Source: Magnetococcales bacterium HHB-1
GTDB taxonomy: Bacteria > Pseudomonadota > Magnetococcia > Magnetococcales > JBQGBW01
Reading direction: 5' to 3'
Length of the DNA: 64,000 bases
NCBI GenBank assembly: GCA_052043475.1
Contig: JBQGBW010000009.1
Span: 1,818 to 65,817, forward strand
The first letter of the stretch is position 1, and each line of letters begins with the position of its first letter. A program made the translations under genes and the position numbers. Of the stretch, positions 1-10,128 are shown piece after piece. Below the pieces are notes generated by a model. The model made no database searches and was not told the DNA's origin. It saw only the letters and a program-made list of their open reading frames with translations.

Positions 1-510
1 AAATCCTAAACAAATAACCCCATTTTACAAAGAAACTGAAAAATGGCAGGTCAGATCTCAAAATTTCGTTGTTGGTTAAACACAAATATAGCAACGCATG
101 GAACCCGTTGCAAGGAGAAATAAAAAAAACTTTTAATTAGCAAGAAAAAACACACGGCCAATATTTGCTCTTTTCTTTCGCTCTTGTCGTGCATATTTAT
201 CATATAAAATAATGATAATTTTTCAAATAAGAACATAATAAAAGAAGAATAGGAGAATAAAATATCGAAAGGAATCAATCTATTGTTCTTATGAGTCCTA
301 AAAGGAAAGGTTGAAATATACTTGTTATATAAGTTGTTTTTTTTAAAAGCATTCAAAGGCCCACAATCTTATGATATCAATTTCTGCTTCCAGTATACAA
401 GGGGGAAGTGCTCAGAGCCTTAACAGATCGTTCAATTTTAATAGCGCTCTTAAGGTTTGCTGAAATATTGTGCGTGTTTAAAAAAGGTATTGTCCCTCAG
501 TGATGATCCA

Positions 511-544
511 GAGGAAAAGGAGCGCTCTTACATCGGAGCACTCC
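511..544 (-). terminator. putative intrinsic terminator after metH
   Basis: The minus-strand RNA folds as GGAGUGCUC, an 8-nt loop, then GAGCGCUCC (9 bp, one G-U), followed by UUUUCCUC. It lies about 15 nt past the metH stop codon. Confidence 0.5.
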
Positions 545-558
545 AAAATTGTATAGTA

Positions 559-3500
559 TCACAGAATATTAGGTGCTAAAATCTTTTTCGCTTCTTCGAT
601 GTTGAGCCCTTTGCGCTCTGCATAGTCACGCACCTGATCTTCATCAATCGTTCCCAGCGAGAAATAACGCGCCTCGGGGTGGGCGAAATAGTAACCACAA
701 ACCGATGCCGCTGGTAGCATGGCAAAGCTCTCTGTCAAGGAGAGATCACAGTTTTCTTCAGCCGATAGCAGAGAGAAGATGGTCTTTTTCTCTGAATGTT
801 CAGGGCAAGCGGGATACCCAGGTGCTGGGCGAATGCCCCGGTAGCGCTCTTTTAAAATCTCTTCATAATTGCATGTTTCTTCCACTGCATAGCCCCAATA
901 GCGGGTTCTTACCTCAAAGTGGAGTTTCTCTGCAATGGCTTCTGCCAGACGATCCGCTAACGATTTGATCAGTAGCGCGCGATAGTCATCATTTTGTTGT
1001 TCGGCCTGTTGGGCCAGTTCGTCTGCACCGGTGATGGTGACGGCAAACAGACCAAGATAGTCTTCATAATCATCTTTTGAGGCAATATAGTCGGCAATGC
1101 TGCGACAGATCCCTGTTCCACGTGATGGTTTCTGCTGTCTCAAGCAGTGTATCATCGCGATTGTATTTTTTCTCTCTGGATCTAAAAGGGCAATATCATC
1201 GCCTTCTCTTTGGGCGGGGTGGAGTGCAAATACCCCTTTGGCTTTTAATGTCTGCTCTTGAACCAGTCTATTTAAAAGATCCTGGGCTTCATTGAAGAGT
1301 TTTTTCGCCGCCTCTCCCCGTTTGGGTTCATCCAATAGCGCGGGATAGCGTCCTGGAAATTCCCAAGCATGGAAGAAGGGGGACCAGTCGATCCAATCCA
1401 CCAGATCTTTTAACGCATAATCTATAGTGGTTATTCCAAGTTGGTTCGGTGTGGCCTGTGATAATTCCTGCCAGGAGAGCGACAGACGTTGATTGCGTGC
1501 TTTCTCTAAAGGAAGGAGATTAATGCGTGCCAAGCTTTTCTCCCGCATCAAGCGTAGACGTGTCTGCTCTTCACGCAGGTTAGCAACAAAGGCTTCTTTT
1601 TTATTTCGATTTAAGAGGTCCGAAGCCACGGCGGCGGCCCGGGAAGCATCCTTCACATAAACAGCCGCTTCATGATAGGCCGGTGCAATTTTAACCGCAG
1701 TATGTGTCGGCGATGTGGTCGCACCACCAATCAGGAGGGGTTGAGTAAAATTTTGTTCCTCCATGACTTTGGCGATATCGGCCATATGCTCTAAAGAGGG
1801 GGTGATCAGTCCAGAGAGTCCAATGAGATCCACCTGCTCTTTTTTTGCTTCTGCAAGAATTTTCTCCTGGGGCACCATCACGCCCAGATCGATCACTTCA
1901 AAGTTGTTGCACTGCAAGACAACCTTGACAATGTTTTTACCGATATCGTGGACATCGCCTTTCACGGTGGCTAAAAGAACCTTTCCCTTGCTGGTGGAGC
2001 CTTCTGTTTTTTCCGCTTCCATAAAGGGGATGAGATGGGCGACGGCTGATTTCATCACCCGTGCACTCTTTACCACCTGGGGAAGAAACATTTTGCCTTC
2101 ACCAAAAAGATCACCGACACGGTCCATACCCGCCATCAGGGGGCCTTCGACCACATCCAGTGCTCTCTTTGAGTTTTGGCGCGCCTCCTCCACATCTTCG
2201 ACAATATATTCGGTGATGCCCTTAATTAGAGCGTAGCTCAATCGTGCTTCAACAGGCTCTTCTCTCCAGGCCAGCTTTTTTTGGTCATCAACCGCTTTAT
2301 CTTGCCCCAAAAAGGTTTCCGCCACAGCAATCAGGCGGTCGGTAGCATCTTCTCGACGGTTGAGTAGAACATCTTCGACGCGCTCACGCAGATCTTTGGG
2401 GATATCTTCATAAACCGCCAACTGCCCTGCATTAACAATGCCCATATCCATACCCGCTTTAATTGCATGGTAGAGGAAGGCGGCATGCATCGCTTCTCTT
2501 ACGGGGTTATTTCCCCTAAAAGAGAAGGATATATTGCTTACCCCGCCACTGACTAAAGCGCCAGGGAGTTGCTTTTTAATCCACCGAACGGTCTCGATAA
2601 AATCAACCGCATAGCTGTTATGCTCTTCGATGCCTGTGGCCACAGCAAAGATGTTGGGATCAAAGATGATATCTTCAGCAGGAAAACCCACCTTCTGGGT
2701 TAAGAGATCATAGGCCCTCTGGATGATCTCTTTGCGTCTGATCAGTGTATCTGCCTGGCCTTTTTCATCGAAGGCCATCACCAATACCGCCGCACCATAA
2801 CGGCGTACCAGACGTGCCTGCTTTAGAAATGCCTCCTCTCCCTCTTTTAAGCTGATGGAGTTGACCACCCCCTTACCTTGAATACACTTTAATCCCGCTT
2901 CTAAGACACTCCAGCGAGAGGAGTCCAACATCACAGGAACGCGGCTGATTTCAGGCTCTGAGGCAATCAGATGGAGAAATTTAACCATGGCGCTTTTAGC
3001 ATCCAGAAGGCTGTCATCCATATTGATATCGATCACCTGAGCCCCATTTTCAACCTGTTCGCGCGCCACACTCAATGCGGTTTCAAAATCACCCTCCCGA
3101 ATCAGGCGGGCAAAACGCAGCGATCCTGCCACATTGGTGCGCTCGCCCACATTAACAAACAGGGACGTTTTTTTGATTTCAAGCGGTTCCAATCCACTTA
3201 AGTTGCAGGAGGCCGCGCGTTTGGGGCGTTCACGGGGAGAACAGTTTTCAACGGCCTGGGCGATTTTTTTGATATGTTCCGGTGTGGTGCCGCAACAGCC
3301 GCCGACAATATTGAGCAATCCTGCATTGGTGAATTGAGTGATTTTTTCTGCCATCATCTCAGGTGTTTCATCATACTCACCAAATTCGTTGGGAAGCCCG
3401 GCATTGGGATGGGCGGAGACAGAACAGAAAGCGATTTTTGAGAGTTCTTCGATATGGGGGCGGAGTTGATCTGCACCTAATGCACAGTTGAATCCGACGG

Positions 3501-4236
3501 TCAAAGGTTCGGCATGGGCGACCGAATTCCAAAAGGCGGTCACGGTCTGTCCTGAGAGTGTTCGGCCACTCTGATCGGTGATGGTGCCTGAGATCATGAT
3601 CGGAATTTCTTCACCGATCTTCTCCTGATGCGCTAAAATAGCGAAGAGGGCGGCCTTACAGTTTAAGGTATCAAAGACCGTCTCCACCAGTATCAGATCA
3701 GCCCCCCCTTTTAGAAGCCCCTTTAACGCTTCATCGTAGGTGCTCACCAGATCATCGAAAGAGACATTTCTAAAGCCGGGATCATTCACATCCGGCGAGA
3801 GCGATGCGGTGCGGTTGGTTGGCCCCAGTACGCCTGCGACAAAACGGGGCTTATTCGGGGTCTTCTTTGTGGCTTTATCCGCCTCTTCGCGTGCCACTTT
3901 AGCGGCGGCCTGATTGATCTCAAACACCTGTGACTCTAAATGGTGTTCGGCCAGAGAGACCGCATTGGCATTAAAGGTGTTTGTCTCCAGAATATCGCAG
4001 CCCGCATCCAGATAACGTTGGTGGATATCGGCGATCACGTCAGGACGGGTGATGGAGAGTAGGTCGTTGACTCCTTGCAGTTCACAACGGTGATCCGCAA
4101 ACTGCTGGCCCCTGAAATCCTCTTCTGCTAAGTTTCGGCTTTGAATCAGCGTCCCCATGGCGCCATCTAAGATAAGAATGCGCTGTTTAAGAAGCTTTTT
4201 AAAAAGATCTGTGCGTTGAGACCGATCAAACATCAT
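559..4236 (-). CDS. metH: cobalamin-dependent methionine synthase
   Basis: 1225-aa ORF, full length and collinear with E. coli MetH. It has the Hcy-binding N-terminus (ILDGAMGT), a pterin-binding region, the B12-binding DxHxxG motif (GDVHDIGKN) and a C-terminal AdoMet activation domain. Confidence 0.97.
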   Translation of the reverse strand: MMFDRSQRTDLFKKLLKQRILILDGAMGTLIQSRNLAEEDFRGQQFADHRCELQGVNDLLSITRPDVIADIHQRYLDAGCDILETNTFNANAVSLAEHHLESQVFEINQAAAKVAREEADKATKKTPNKPRFVAGVLGPTNRTASLSPDVNDPGFRNVSFDDLVSTYDEALKGLLKGGADLILVETVFDTLNCKAALFAILAHQEKIGEEIPIMISGTITDQSGRTLSGQTVTAFWNSVAHAEPLTVGFNCALGADQLRPHIEELSKIAFCSVSAHPNAGLPNEFGEYDETPEMMAEKITQFTNAGLLNIVGGCCGTTPEHIKKIAQAVENCSPRERPKRAASCNLSGLEPLEIKKTSLFVNVGERTNVAGSLRFARLIREGDFETALSVAREQVENGAQVIDINMDDSLLDAKSAMVKFLHLIASEPEISRVPVMLDSSRWSVLEAGLKCIQGKGVVNSISLKEGEEAFLKQARLVRRYGAAVLVMAFDEKGQADTLIRRKEIIQRAYDLLTQKVGFPAEDIIFDPNIFAVATGIEEHNSYAVDFIETVRWIKKQLPGALVSGGVSNISFSFRGNNPVREAMHAAFLYHAIKAGMDMGIVNAGQLAVYEDIPKDLRERVEDVLLNRREDATDRLIAVAETFLGQDKAVDDQKKLAWREEPVEARLSYALIKGITEYIVEDVEEARQNSKRALDVVEGPLMAGMDRVGDLFGEGKMFLPQVVKSARVMKSAVAHLIPFMEAEKTEGSTSKGKVLLATVKGDVHDIGKNIVKVVLQCNNFEVIDLGVMVPQEKILAEAKKEQVDLIGLSGLITPSLEHMADIAKVMEEQNFTQPLLIGGATTSPTHTAVKIAPAYHEAAVYVKDASRAAAVASDLLNRNKKEAFVANLREEQTRLRLMREKSLARINLLPLEKARNQRLSLSWQELSQATPNQLGITTIDYALKDLVDWIDWSPFFHAWEFPGRYPALLDEPKRGEAAKKLFNEAQDLLNRLVQEQTLKAKGVFALHPAQREGDDIALLDPERKNTIAMIHCLRQQKPSRGTGICRSIADYIASKDDYEDYLGLFAVTITGADELAQQAEQQNDDYRALLIKSLADRLAEAIAEKLHFEVRTRYWGYAVEETCNYEEILKERYRGIRPAPGYPACPEHSEKKTIFSLLSAEENCDLSLTESFAMLPAASVCGYYFAHPEARYFSLGTIDEDQVRDYAERKGLNIEEAKKILAPNIL

Positions 4237-4549
4237 TGTTTATCCTGACCTTAAATAAAGATAGCGATGTGGCGACATCTGAAAAAATGTCGCGCCTGTT
4301 TTTATCTGCGTTTAAAAGAGTGCGCCGTTTAAAGACGCGCTTCTCCTTTATAAAAAAATAATAGAGTAGATAAAACGGCCTAAAGTCTGCATGCATTAAG
4401 AGCAAAACAAATTTTGGTTTATTGGATAGTCGCAGAAAATAAGCAGAAAAGTGTTTGCTTTTTTAAATGGTTATCCCTGCTTATCACGGTTTAAGTGATT
4501 GCCCATATGATGCAAATATGATCAAGGAGGTATAGGAGGCCTTCACGTC

Positions 4550-5083
4550 ATGAGATTGACAGTTTTCCTTTTATTGTTCCTGCTGTTCTCACCGCTGAAC
4601 AGTGAGGCTGTGGAGATTAGCCGAAACGGTGCCTTTTCTGTCCGCAAAATTGATGCGCCTGGAGATCGAGGAAAAAAACAGTCGGTCTGCAAACTGGATA
4701 TTTCCATGACTTTGGCAGATCGGGAAAGTGGCAAAAGCAAAAAAGGTTCCAGCGGCTCGGTAGCCGTTTTAAGTCTTTATCCTAACGATGACTTTCATTC
4801 TGAGTTGTTTACTCTTCGCGATCCCGTGGGGTTAGCGCGTAATAAGGTTAAGATCCAGTTTGATGAAGATCGCGCCGAAACCTTTGAGTTTCTCCCTGAT
4901 GAAGCGCGGAAGGATGAGTATTGGCGCTGGCAGTATCTGCGTGATGCCCGCGATCTGCTGGATAAGGTGGCCAATAAGAACCTGATGCGAATCTCCTTCT
5001 CCAATGGCCGTGAATGGTGGCGCTTTAAACTTCCCCTGCGGGGAACCCATCGTATGGTGAAAAAATTGAAGCAGTGCCGTTGA
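4550..5083 (+). CDS. secreted hypothetical protein (possibly IalB-like)
   Basis: Strong SD (AAGGAGGTATAGGAGG) just upstream of the ATG. The N-terminus is a cleavable-looking signal peptide ([14 protein letters not shown]). The C-terminal FKLPLRG...KQC is only loosely reminiscent of IalB-family ends. Product is not assigned. Confidence 0.65.
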   Translation: MRLTVFLLLFLLFSPLNSEAVEISRNGAFSVRKIDAPGDRGKKQSVCKLDISMTLADRESGKSKKGSSGSVAVLSLYPNDDFHSELFTLRDPVGLARNKVKIQFDEDRAETFEFLPDEARKDEYWRWQYLRDARDLLDKVANKNLMRISFSNGREWWRFKLPLRGTHRMVKKLKQCR

Positions 5084-5107
5084 TGTGCACTGATTATGCA
5101 CAGATAA

Positions 5108-5767
5108 TTATGTGCGATGTGCCATGCCATGCTGTTGGCGATAGCGCTCCACCGCCGCGAGATTGTGCTGATATTTTGGATCGCTCTGTAGCAGTTTAAC
5201 CAGATCATCCAGATGCGCAATGGAGATCACGGGAATTTTATACTGTTTTTTGATCTCCTCTGCGGCGGAGCGTGCTGTTGTGCCACGCTCCTGTCGATCC
5301 AGCGCAATCACAACGCCTGCTGGGCGGGCGTTATGCGCTAAAATAAGATCAATGGATTCTCTTACGGACGTTCCTGCACTCAAAACATCATCGAGAATGA
5401 GAATATTCCCCTTTAGTGGTGCACCGATAAGATCCCCCCCTTCACCATGGTCCTTAACCTCCTTGCGGTTAAACGCAAAAGGATAAGCTTCTTCTGCACG
5501 CGCTTTAGAGAGTGCCATCGCTGTGGCTGCTGCTAAAGGTATTCCTTTGTAGGCTGGACCAAAGATCAGATCAAAATTGCATCCTGATTGTAGAATTGCT
5601 TCCTTATAGAAGTGGCTCAAACGATCCAGCATCTCCCCTGTATTAAAAAGCCCCGCATTAAAAAAATAGGGACTCATGCGTCCTGCTTTGGTTTTAAACT
5701 CACCGAAGCGGAGCACGTTACATGAGAGCGCAAATTGAAGAAAATCCTGAGCAAGAGCTTGAGACAT
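5108..5767 (-). CDS. pyrE: orotate phosphoribosyltransferase
   Basis: Contains FGEFKTKAGRMSPYFFNAGLF and the PRPP loop ILILDDVLSAGTS. I moved the start to ATG 5767 (MSQALAQDF...), giving 219 aa. The ORF-track start at 5833 adds 22 unsupported residues. Confidence 0.92.
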   Translation of the reverse strand: MSQALAQDFLQFALSCNVLRFGEFKTKAGRMSPYFFNAGLFNTGEMLDRLSHFYKEAILQSGCNFDLIFGPAYKGIPLAAATAMALSKARAEEAYPFAFNRKEVKDHGEGGDLIGAPLKGNILILDDVLSAGTSVRESIDLILAHNARPAGVVIALDRQERGTTARSAAEEIKKQYKIPVISIAHLDDLVKLLQSDPKYQHNLAAVERYRQQHGMAHRT

Positions 5768-5897
5768 GGTCTGAAAAATCCCTGAGCAAAAGGAGAATGC
5801 CTGAACTGTTTTCTCTCTTTTATCGATTGGCAACGGCTCTATTTTGCCTTAAATTCCATAGAAGGTCACGCATCATCTTATATGAGGAGATAAAATC

Positions 5898-6248
5898 ATG
5901 CCCTTCTGGAATCAGGAAAAATGGCCGGAGCGACGCTGGATCTATCCTTTGTTGTTGGCTGTTCTGGTCGCTGCCAACATCTGGGGCCAGTATGATCTCT
6001 GGTTCGGAAAGCAGGGGTTCTTGCGTTGGCAGCAGATTGAAAGCCAATTGATTGATCTGAAAAAAGAGGTGGCGGTGGTGGAGAACCGCGTGAATATGCT
6101 CAAACAGAAGATCCGTGGTGTTGAAAAGGAACCGGCAATCCTCGAAGAGGTGGCGCGTAAGGAGTTGGGGTTTGTCCATCCTGGAGAGATTATCTTTGTT
6201 TTTCCAGAGCAAGAAAAACAAGAAGAGATTGGTAATAGTAACAATTAG
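5898..6248 (+). CDS. ftsB: cell division protein FtsB / septum formation initiator family
   Basis: 116 aa with one N-terminal TM helix (WIYPLLLAVLVAANIW). This is followed by a coiled coil and the ARKELGFVHPGEIIF motif typical of FtsB/DivIC. Confidence 0.8.
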   Translation: MPFWNQEKWPERRWIYPLLLAVLVAANIWGQYDLWFGKQGFLRWQQIESQLIDLKKEVAVVENRVNMLKQKIRGVEKEPAILEEVARKELGFVHPGEIIFVFPEQEKQEEIGNSNN

Positions 6249-6466
6249 TGTTTATTTTGAAGGCCGCTTTTTAATAAGAGTGGCTTTTTTTGCGCTCGCT
6301 GCCTGACACTTTTTAAGGTGCTGCGTTGTTGATTTTACGATTGACAAGGCATCCAGCTTTTAGCAGGATCATATGGCGTAACGGCAATAGGCTTTTAAGC
6401 GTATCTTTATGGCATTCGTTGCGCCACTGTCATCAGAAAATCGCCCAATAAAAAGGATGAGTTTTA

Positions 6467-8212
6467 ATGAATGTGTTAAAAAACCTGTTTCAGGTTCTTG
6501 TTGTGGTGGCCATTGTTCTGGCGGGAGTCACAGCATTTTCCATGAAAGGCTATCAAGAGGCGGAACAACGCATTCTGGCTTCTTCAGCAAAGAATGCCCA
6601 AAATTTTGAAACCATCTTTGAAAATTCTCTGCTAATGAATTCCGACAGTCTATCCATGGCCATGGAACTGCTGATCAGAAACAAGGAGATCATCCAATCC
6701 TTTCATGAGAGAGACCGATCCCGTCTCCATGAATTAACCGTTCCTCTTTTCAAGGAGGTCTTGAAACCCAAATATGCCATCCAGCAGTTTCAATTCCACC
6801 TCTCTCCAGCGACCAGTTTCTTTAGAGTTCACAAACCAGGAAAATTTGCGGACGACCTGTCGGGGTTCAGAAAGACTGTGGTTGAAACCAACCACACAAA
6901 GCGTGTTATCTCAGGACTCGAAGTGGGCCGGGCCGGACCAGGATTGCGCATGGTCTATCCTCTATTTTACAAAAAGGAGCATCTAGGGAGTGTTGAGTTT
7001 GGTGCCAGTCTTAAATCATCCTTAGCCATTGCACAGAACACCATCAAAGCTGGTTTTGCCATCGGTATTCTGGAGTCTGCCTTTAAAGCCGCAAAAAGAT
7101 TTAAAGGGATGGATACAGATATCAAAAGAGATAAGTTGATCTATTATGAGTACTCTACAGGTGATATTCATGACATCATGAAAAAAATGGGCAAACCAGA
7201 TGACCGGGGGGTGTTGACCGTAGGGCAGAGAACTTTTTTTGTGCACTCGTTCCAGTTGGAGAACTATTCTCTCAATCCAGTGGGCTCTATTCTGGTCTTC
7301 CAGGAGTTGACCGATGCACTGAATCAACTGAAGCAGGAGACCATTCGCTTCGGTTCTACGGTATTCTCCATACTCGTGATTATCAGTATTGTCGTTCTGT
7401 ATAAATTCCGCAGCATACGCGCTAACCTTGAAGAGAAACTGAACCAGCGCCGGCGCGAAGTCGAAGAAAAAACCCAAGCCTTCAACCGGATTATGACCAA
7501 CTTCTCTGACTTCGATCAATTGAAACGCGGCTTCATCATGCGAATTGCCTCTGGTATTCAAGCGCCTTTGCGTTCCATGCAAGGTTACTGGGAAGAGATT
7601 CGTCCTCACTTAAAAGAGGAAACCATCCAGCCGCTTCGCCTTCTCATGGACCGCAACCAACGACTCCTTATGGTGGTCAACCAACTCAGTGATCTCGAAA
7701 TGATACGTCTGAGCAAGAACGACACCTGGGAAGAGAAGCGGGAATCGATTAAGAGACTACTCGAAAAGCTACACACTGACTGTCAACGGTTTCTGACACC
7801 GCAATCTTCTCTCTCCATTGAAGTTCCTGAAGACTTTCCCACCATGCGTCTCGATCCTGGCCGTGTACAGACCGCACTGGGCTCACTGCTGAAATTTACC
7901 ATCAAACGGACCCGCCAAGGCACCATCCGAATGATCGTTGCCGCTGAAAATGAGATCTGGGCAACCATTCTCATTCAGACGGAGAAGATAGACCTTGATG
8001 CCAGCGATGCCCAGGTTCTTTTCCAGGAATCTGACCATATGTTGCGCTTTTTAGAGGCCGGTCAAAGCCTTGAAGAGCACCATCTTGAATTGAGTATCAG
8101 TCAGGCGATTGTTGCCCATTATGGTGGCACAATCAATATTAAAGAAGGTCGAAGTCAGGACGAGGGTATCAAAGGTTTTGAAATACGCCTTCCTCTTTTG
8201 GAATCAGATTAA
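6467..8212 (+). CDS. membrane Cache-domain histidine-kinase-like protein with degenerate catalytic motifs
   Basis: N-terminal TM, then a Cache_3/Cache_2-like periplasmic region (FRVHKPGKFADDLSGFRKTVVETN...GLEVGRAGPGLRMVYPLF...GSVEFG), a second TM and a coiled coil. The DHp-like helix reads FIMRIASGIQAPLRSMQGYWEEI, with no His at the phospho-acceptor position. The HATPase-like end (LELSISQAIVAHYGGTINI) lacks the N, G1 and G2 boxes. Confidence 0.8.
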   Translation: MNVLKNLFQVLVVVAIVLAGVTAFSMKGYQEAEQRILASSAKNAQNFETIFENSLLMNSDSLSMAMELLIRNKEIIQSFHERDRSRLHELTVPLFKEVLKPKYAIQQFQFHLSPATSFFRVHKPGKFADDLSGFRKTVVETNHTKRVISGLEVGRAGPGLRMVYPLFYKKEHLGSVEFGASLKSSLAIAQNTIKAGFAIGILESAFKAAKRFKGMDTDIKRDKLIYYEYSTGDIHDIMKKMGKPDDRGVLTVGQRTFFVHSFQLENYSLNPVGSILVFQELTDALNQLKQETIRFGSTVFSILVIISIVVLYKFRSIRANLEEKLNQRRREVEEKTQAFNRIMTNFSDFDQLKRGFIMRIASGIQAPLRSMQGYWEEIRPHLKEETIQPLRLLMDRNQRLLMVVNQLSDLEMIRLSKNDTWEEKRESIKRLLEKLHTDCQRFLTPQSSLSIEVPEDFPTMRLDPGRVQTALGSLLKFTIKRTRQGTIRMIVAAENEIWATILIQTEKIDLDASDAQVLFQESDHMLRFLEAGQSLEEHHLELSISQAIVAHYGGTINIKEGRSQDEGIKGFEIRLPLLESD

Positions 8213-8314
8213 ATTTTATCACCAAAAAATACTTTGTATTTCATCGTATTCTGACCAGATGATCTGCATAACCTCTCCTTGCGGAGGGGTTATGCAAATA
8301 GAAGGTACGCCCTC

Positions 8315-9742
8315 ATGAATCCACACTTCATCAAAAACTATCTTGTCCCGCTCTCAATTTTTCTGTTTGTCAGTTTTCTCTATTCTGTCAACGATCTTCT
8401 CGCCAAAGCGCTGTCTCTGTTGGTCGAGTTGGATATACAACTATTCCAACAGATTCTCTCCTCCTCTGTCTATCTGGTTCTGACCTGGATTATCGCGCGC
8501 TTCATTCGACTGGATATTATTCATGGCCTGCTTGAAGAGCGATTCCAAAGAGAAATTCCCAGGCTGATGGGGGATATCGCAGGTTTTCTGGTCTTTTGTG
8601 CAGGCATCCTCTTCATCTTGACGACGGTTCTTAAACAGGATATCACCGCTCTGCTGGCCACCGGCGGAATCGGTATCATGGTCTTGGGTATTTCTCTTCA
8701 GGATTTGATCTCCTCCATCTTTTCTGGATTAACGCTTAATATGGAAAATCCTTTCAAAATTGGCGATACCTTAAAAATGGACTTTGCTGAATCCGATAAG
8801 GAGGTGATCGGTACGGTCAAGGAGATCAACTGGCGGTCAACCCATCTTATTGGGCCGGAAGGCGATTTGATTGTCGTTCCCAACAACCAGGTGGCCAACG
8901 CCATTCTGGTCAACCACAGTCAACCCACAGTCAATGTGCGCAGCAAGGTTTCTCTGGAAATAGATGCCACAACCTCCATCGACAGTGCGGAAAGAATTCT
9001 TCTGGCTGCAACCTTAGATGCCCCCAAAGTGCTCCCGACACCGCCTCCTCAGGTCTATGTCGAAGTGTTATCTGAACAGACGATTTGCTGTCATGTTCAT
9101 TTTTGGCATGCTGAATTCCAAGAGCAGGATCAAGTGAACAATTCTGTCACCCGCAGTCTCTTGGCGCGATTGCAAGATGCCGGCATTATGCATCCCTCTG
9201 ATCATTCGACAGATCGGATCAATCTCATTAATCAGATTGATCTGTTTCGTCCGTTCCCCCCCGAATGGAAAAAAATGATTTCAGAGGCCATGGAGCCCAT
9301 CACTTTTCCTGCTGGGGTTACGATTGTGGGTATGGGCGAAGAAGATCAATCACTCTATCTTATTGCTGAAGGGTTGTGCCAGTATGTCGCCAGTGATTTC
9401 CGTGCCCAGCCGCCAAAAATACATCGACTGATTGCAACAAAACATTTTGGAGCGATGTCTTTGTGTGTGGGCGAACCGCAAAGAGGTACGGTAACCAGTA
9501 AAACAGATGTTTTACTCTATCGAATTACGCCCCATATTCTGTTCCCTTTGCTACGCAATCATCAAGAGATGCTTCCGGCAATGTGTAGCATCCTTGCCAG
9601 ATCATATCTTCAAGAGATCGATCCAGATCGCGCAGACCGCCGTATATTTGAATCGCAGGATCGTCTGATCCAGGTGCTCAAAGGACAGCTTTTTTTAAAA
9701 TGTGCTTTAGCGGCCCGTGCGTCCTCTGAAAAAAATAACTAA
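8315..9742 (+). CDS. MscS-family mechanosensitive channel fused to a cyclic-nucleotide-binding-like domain
   Basis: TM helices plus an MscS beta-domain (IGDTLKMD...GTVKEINWRSTHLIGPEGDLIVVPNNQVAN). The C-terminal cNMP-binding-like domain reads GEEDQSLYLIAEG...HFGAMSL. ATG 8315 (MNPHF) is preferred over the TTG at 8279. Confidence 0.85.
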   Translation: MNPHFIKNYLVPLSIFLFVSFLYSVNDLLAKALSLLVELDIQLFQQILSSSVYLVLTWIIARFIRLDIIHGLLEERFQREIPRLMGDIAGFLVFCAGILFILTTVLKQDITALLATGGIGIMVLGISLQDLISSIFSGLTLNMENPFKIGDTLKMDFAESDKEVIGTVKEINWRSTHLIGPEGDLIVVPNNQVANAILVNHSQPTVNVRSKVSLEIDATTSIDSAERILLAATLDAPKVLPTPPPQVYVEVLSEQTICCHVHFWHAEFQEQDQVNNSVTRSLLARLQDAGIMHPSDHSTDRINLINQIDLFRPFPPEWKKMISEAMEPITFPAGVTIVGMGEEDQSLYLIAEGLCQYVASDFRAQPPKIHRLIATKHFGAMSLCVGEPQRGTVTSKTDVLLYRITPHILFPLLRNHQEMLPAMCSILARSYLQEIDPDRADRRIFESQDRLIQVLKGQLFLKCALAARASSEKNN

Positions 9743-10128
9743 AAAAAACGCTTCAAAATAGTTCAGGAACGGCCATTGCATATAGATATCGTAATCGCGG
9801 ATTTTTCAAGCAGCTTTTAGCATTTCATCAATGGTTAAGCAGGGATGTTTCTTTAAGTCTTTGTTAGGCCCCAGGCTGAAAATTCTGCTTTTGTTGAATT
9901 AGATATCATTTAGAACTGGAGTGTTAATCATGGGAAATGGCCCTTCCATCGCTTACCAGATCAACTTTAACGGCATCAGAGATCGTGCTCAGGGCAGTGT
10001 GCAGAGAACATCACAAAATAGCCGGGTGGCCTCATCAAATAACAACAGCAACTGTCCTTTTGAGAAAATCCTTCGCCAGGAGAAATCACTTTTTCAAAAA
10101 GCCTTTCCCTTTATCCGGTAACACGATG

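Noticed and set aside
51-356. 101-aa minus-strand ORF in the very AT-rich first ~500 nt of the window
   Set aside because: The composition is extremely AT-rich, and the translation is low-complexity Phe/Lys/Asn/Ile-rich with no motif and no SD. It is most likely a non-coding spacer downstream of metH. An AT-rich foreign remnant cannot be excluded, but nothing supports it.
7022-7609. 195-aa antisense ORF inside the kinase-like gene
   Set aside because: It is fully embedded antisense in a well-supported CDS and carries no motif. It is a typical shadow ORF. Similar cases are 17007-17561 in the MCP, 35802-36326 in GTPase 2, 42035-42526 in hisD and 14089-14618 in the GGDEF-EAL gene.
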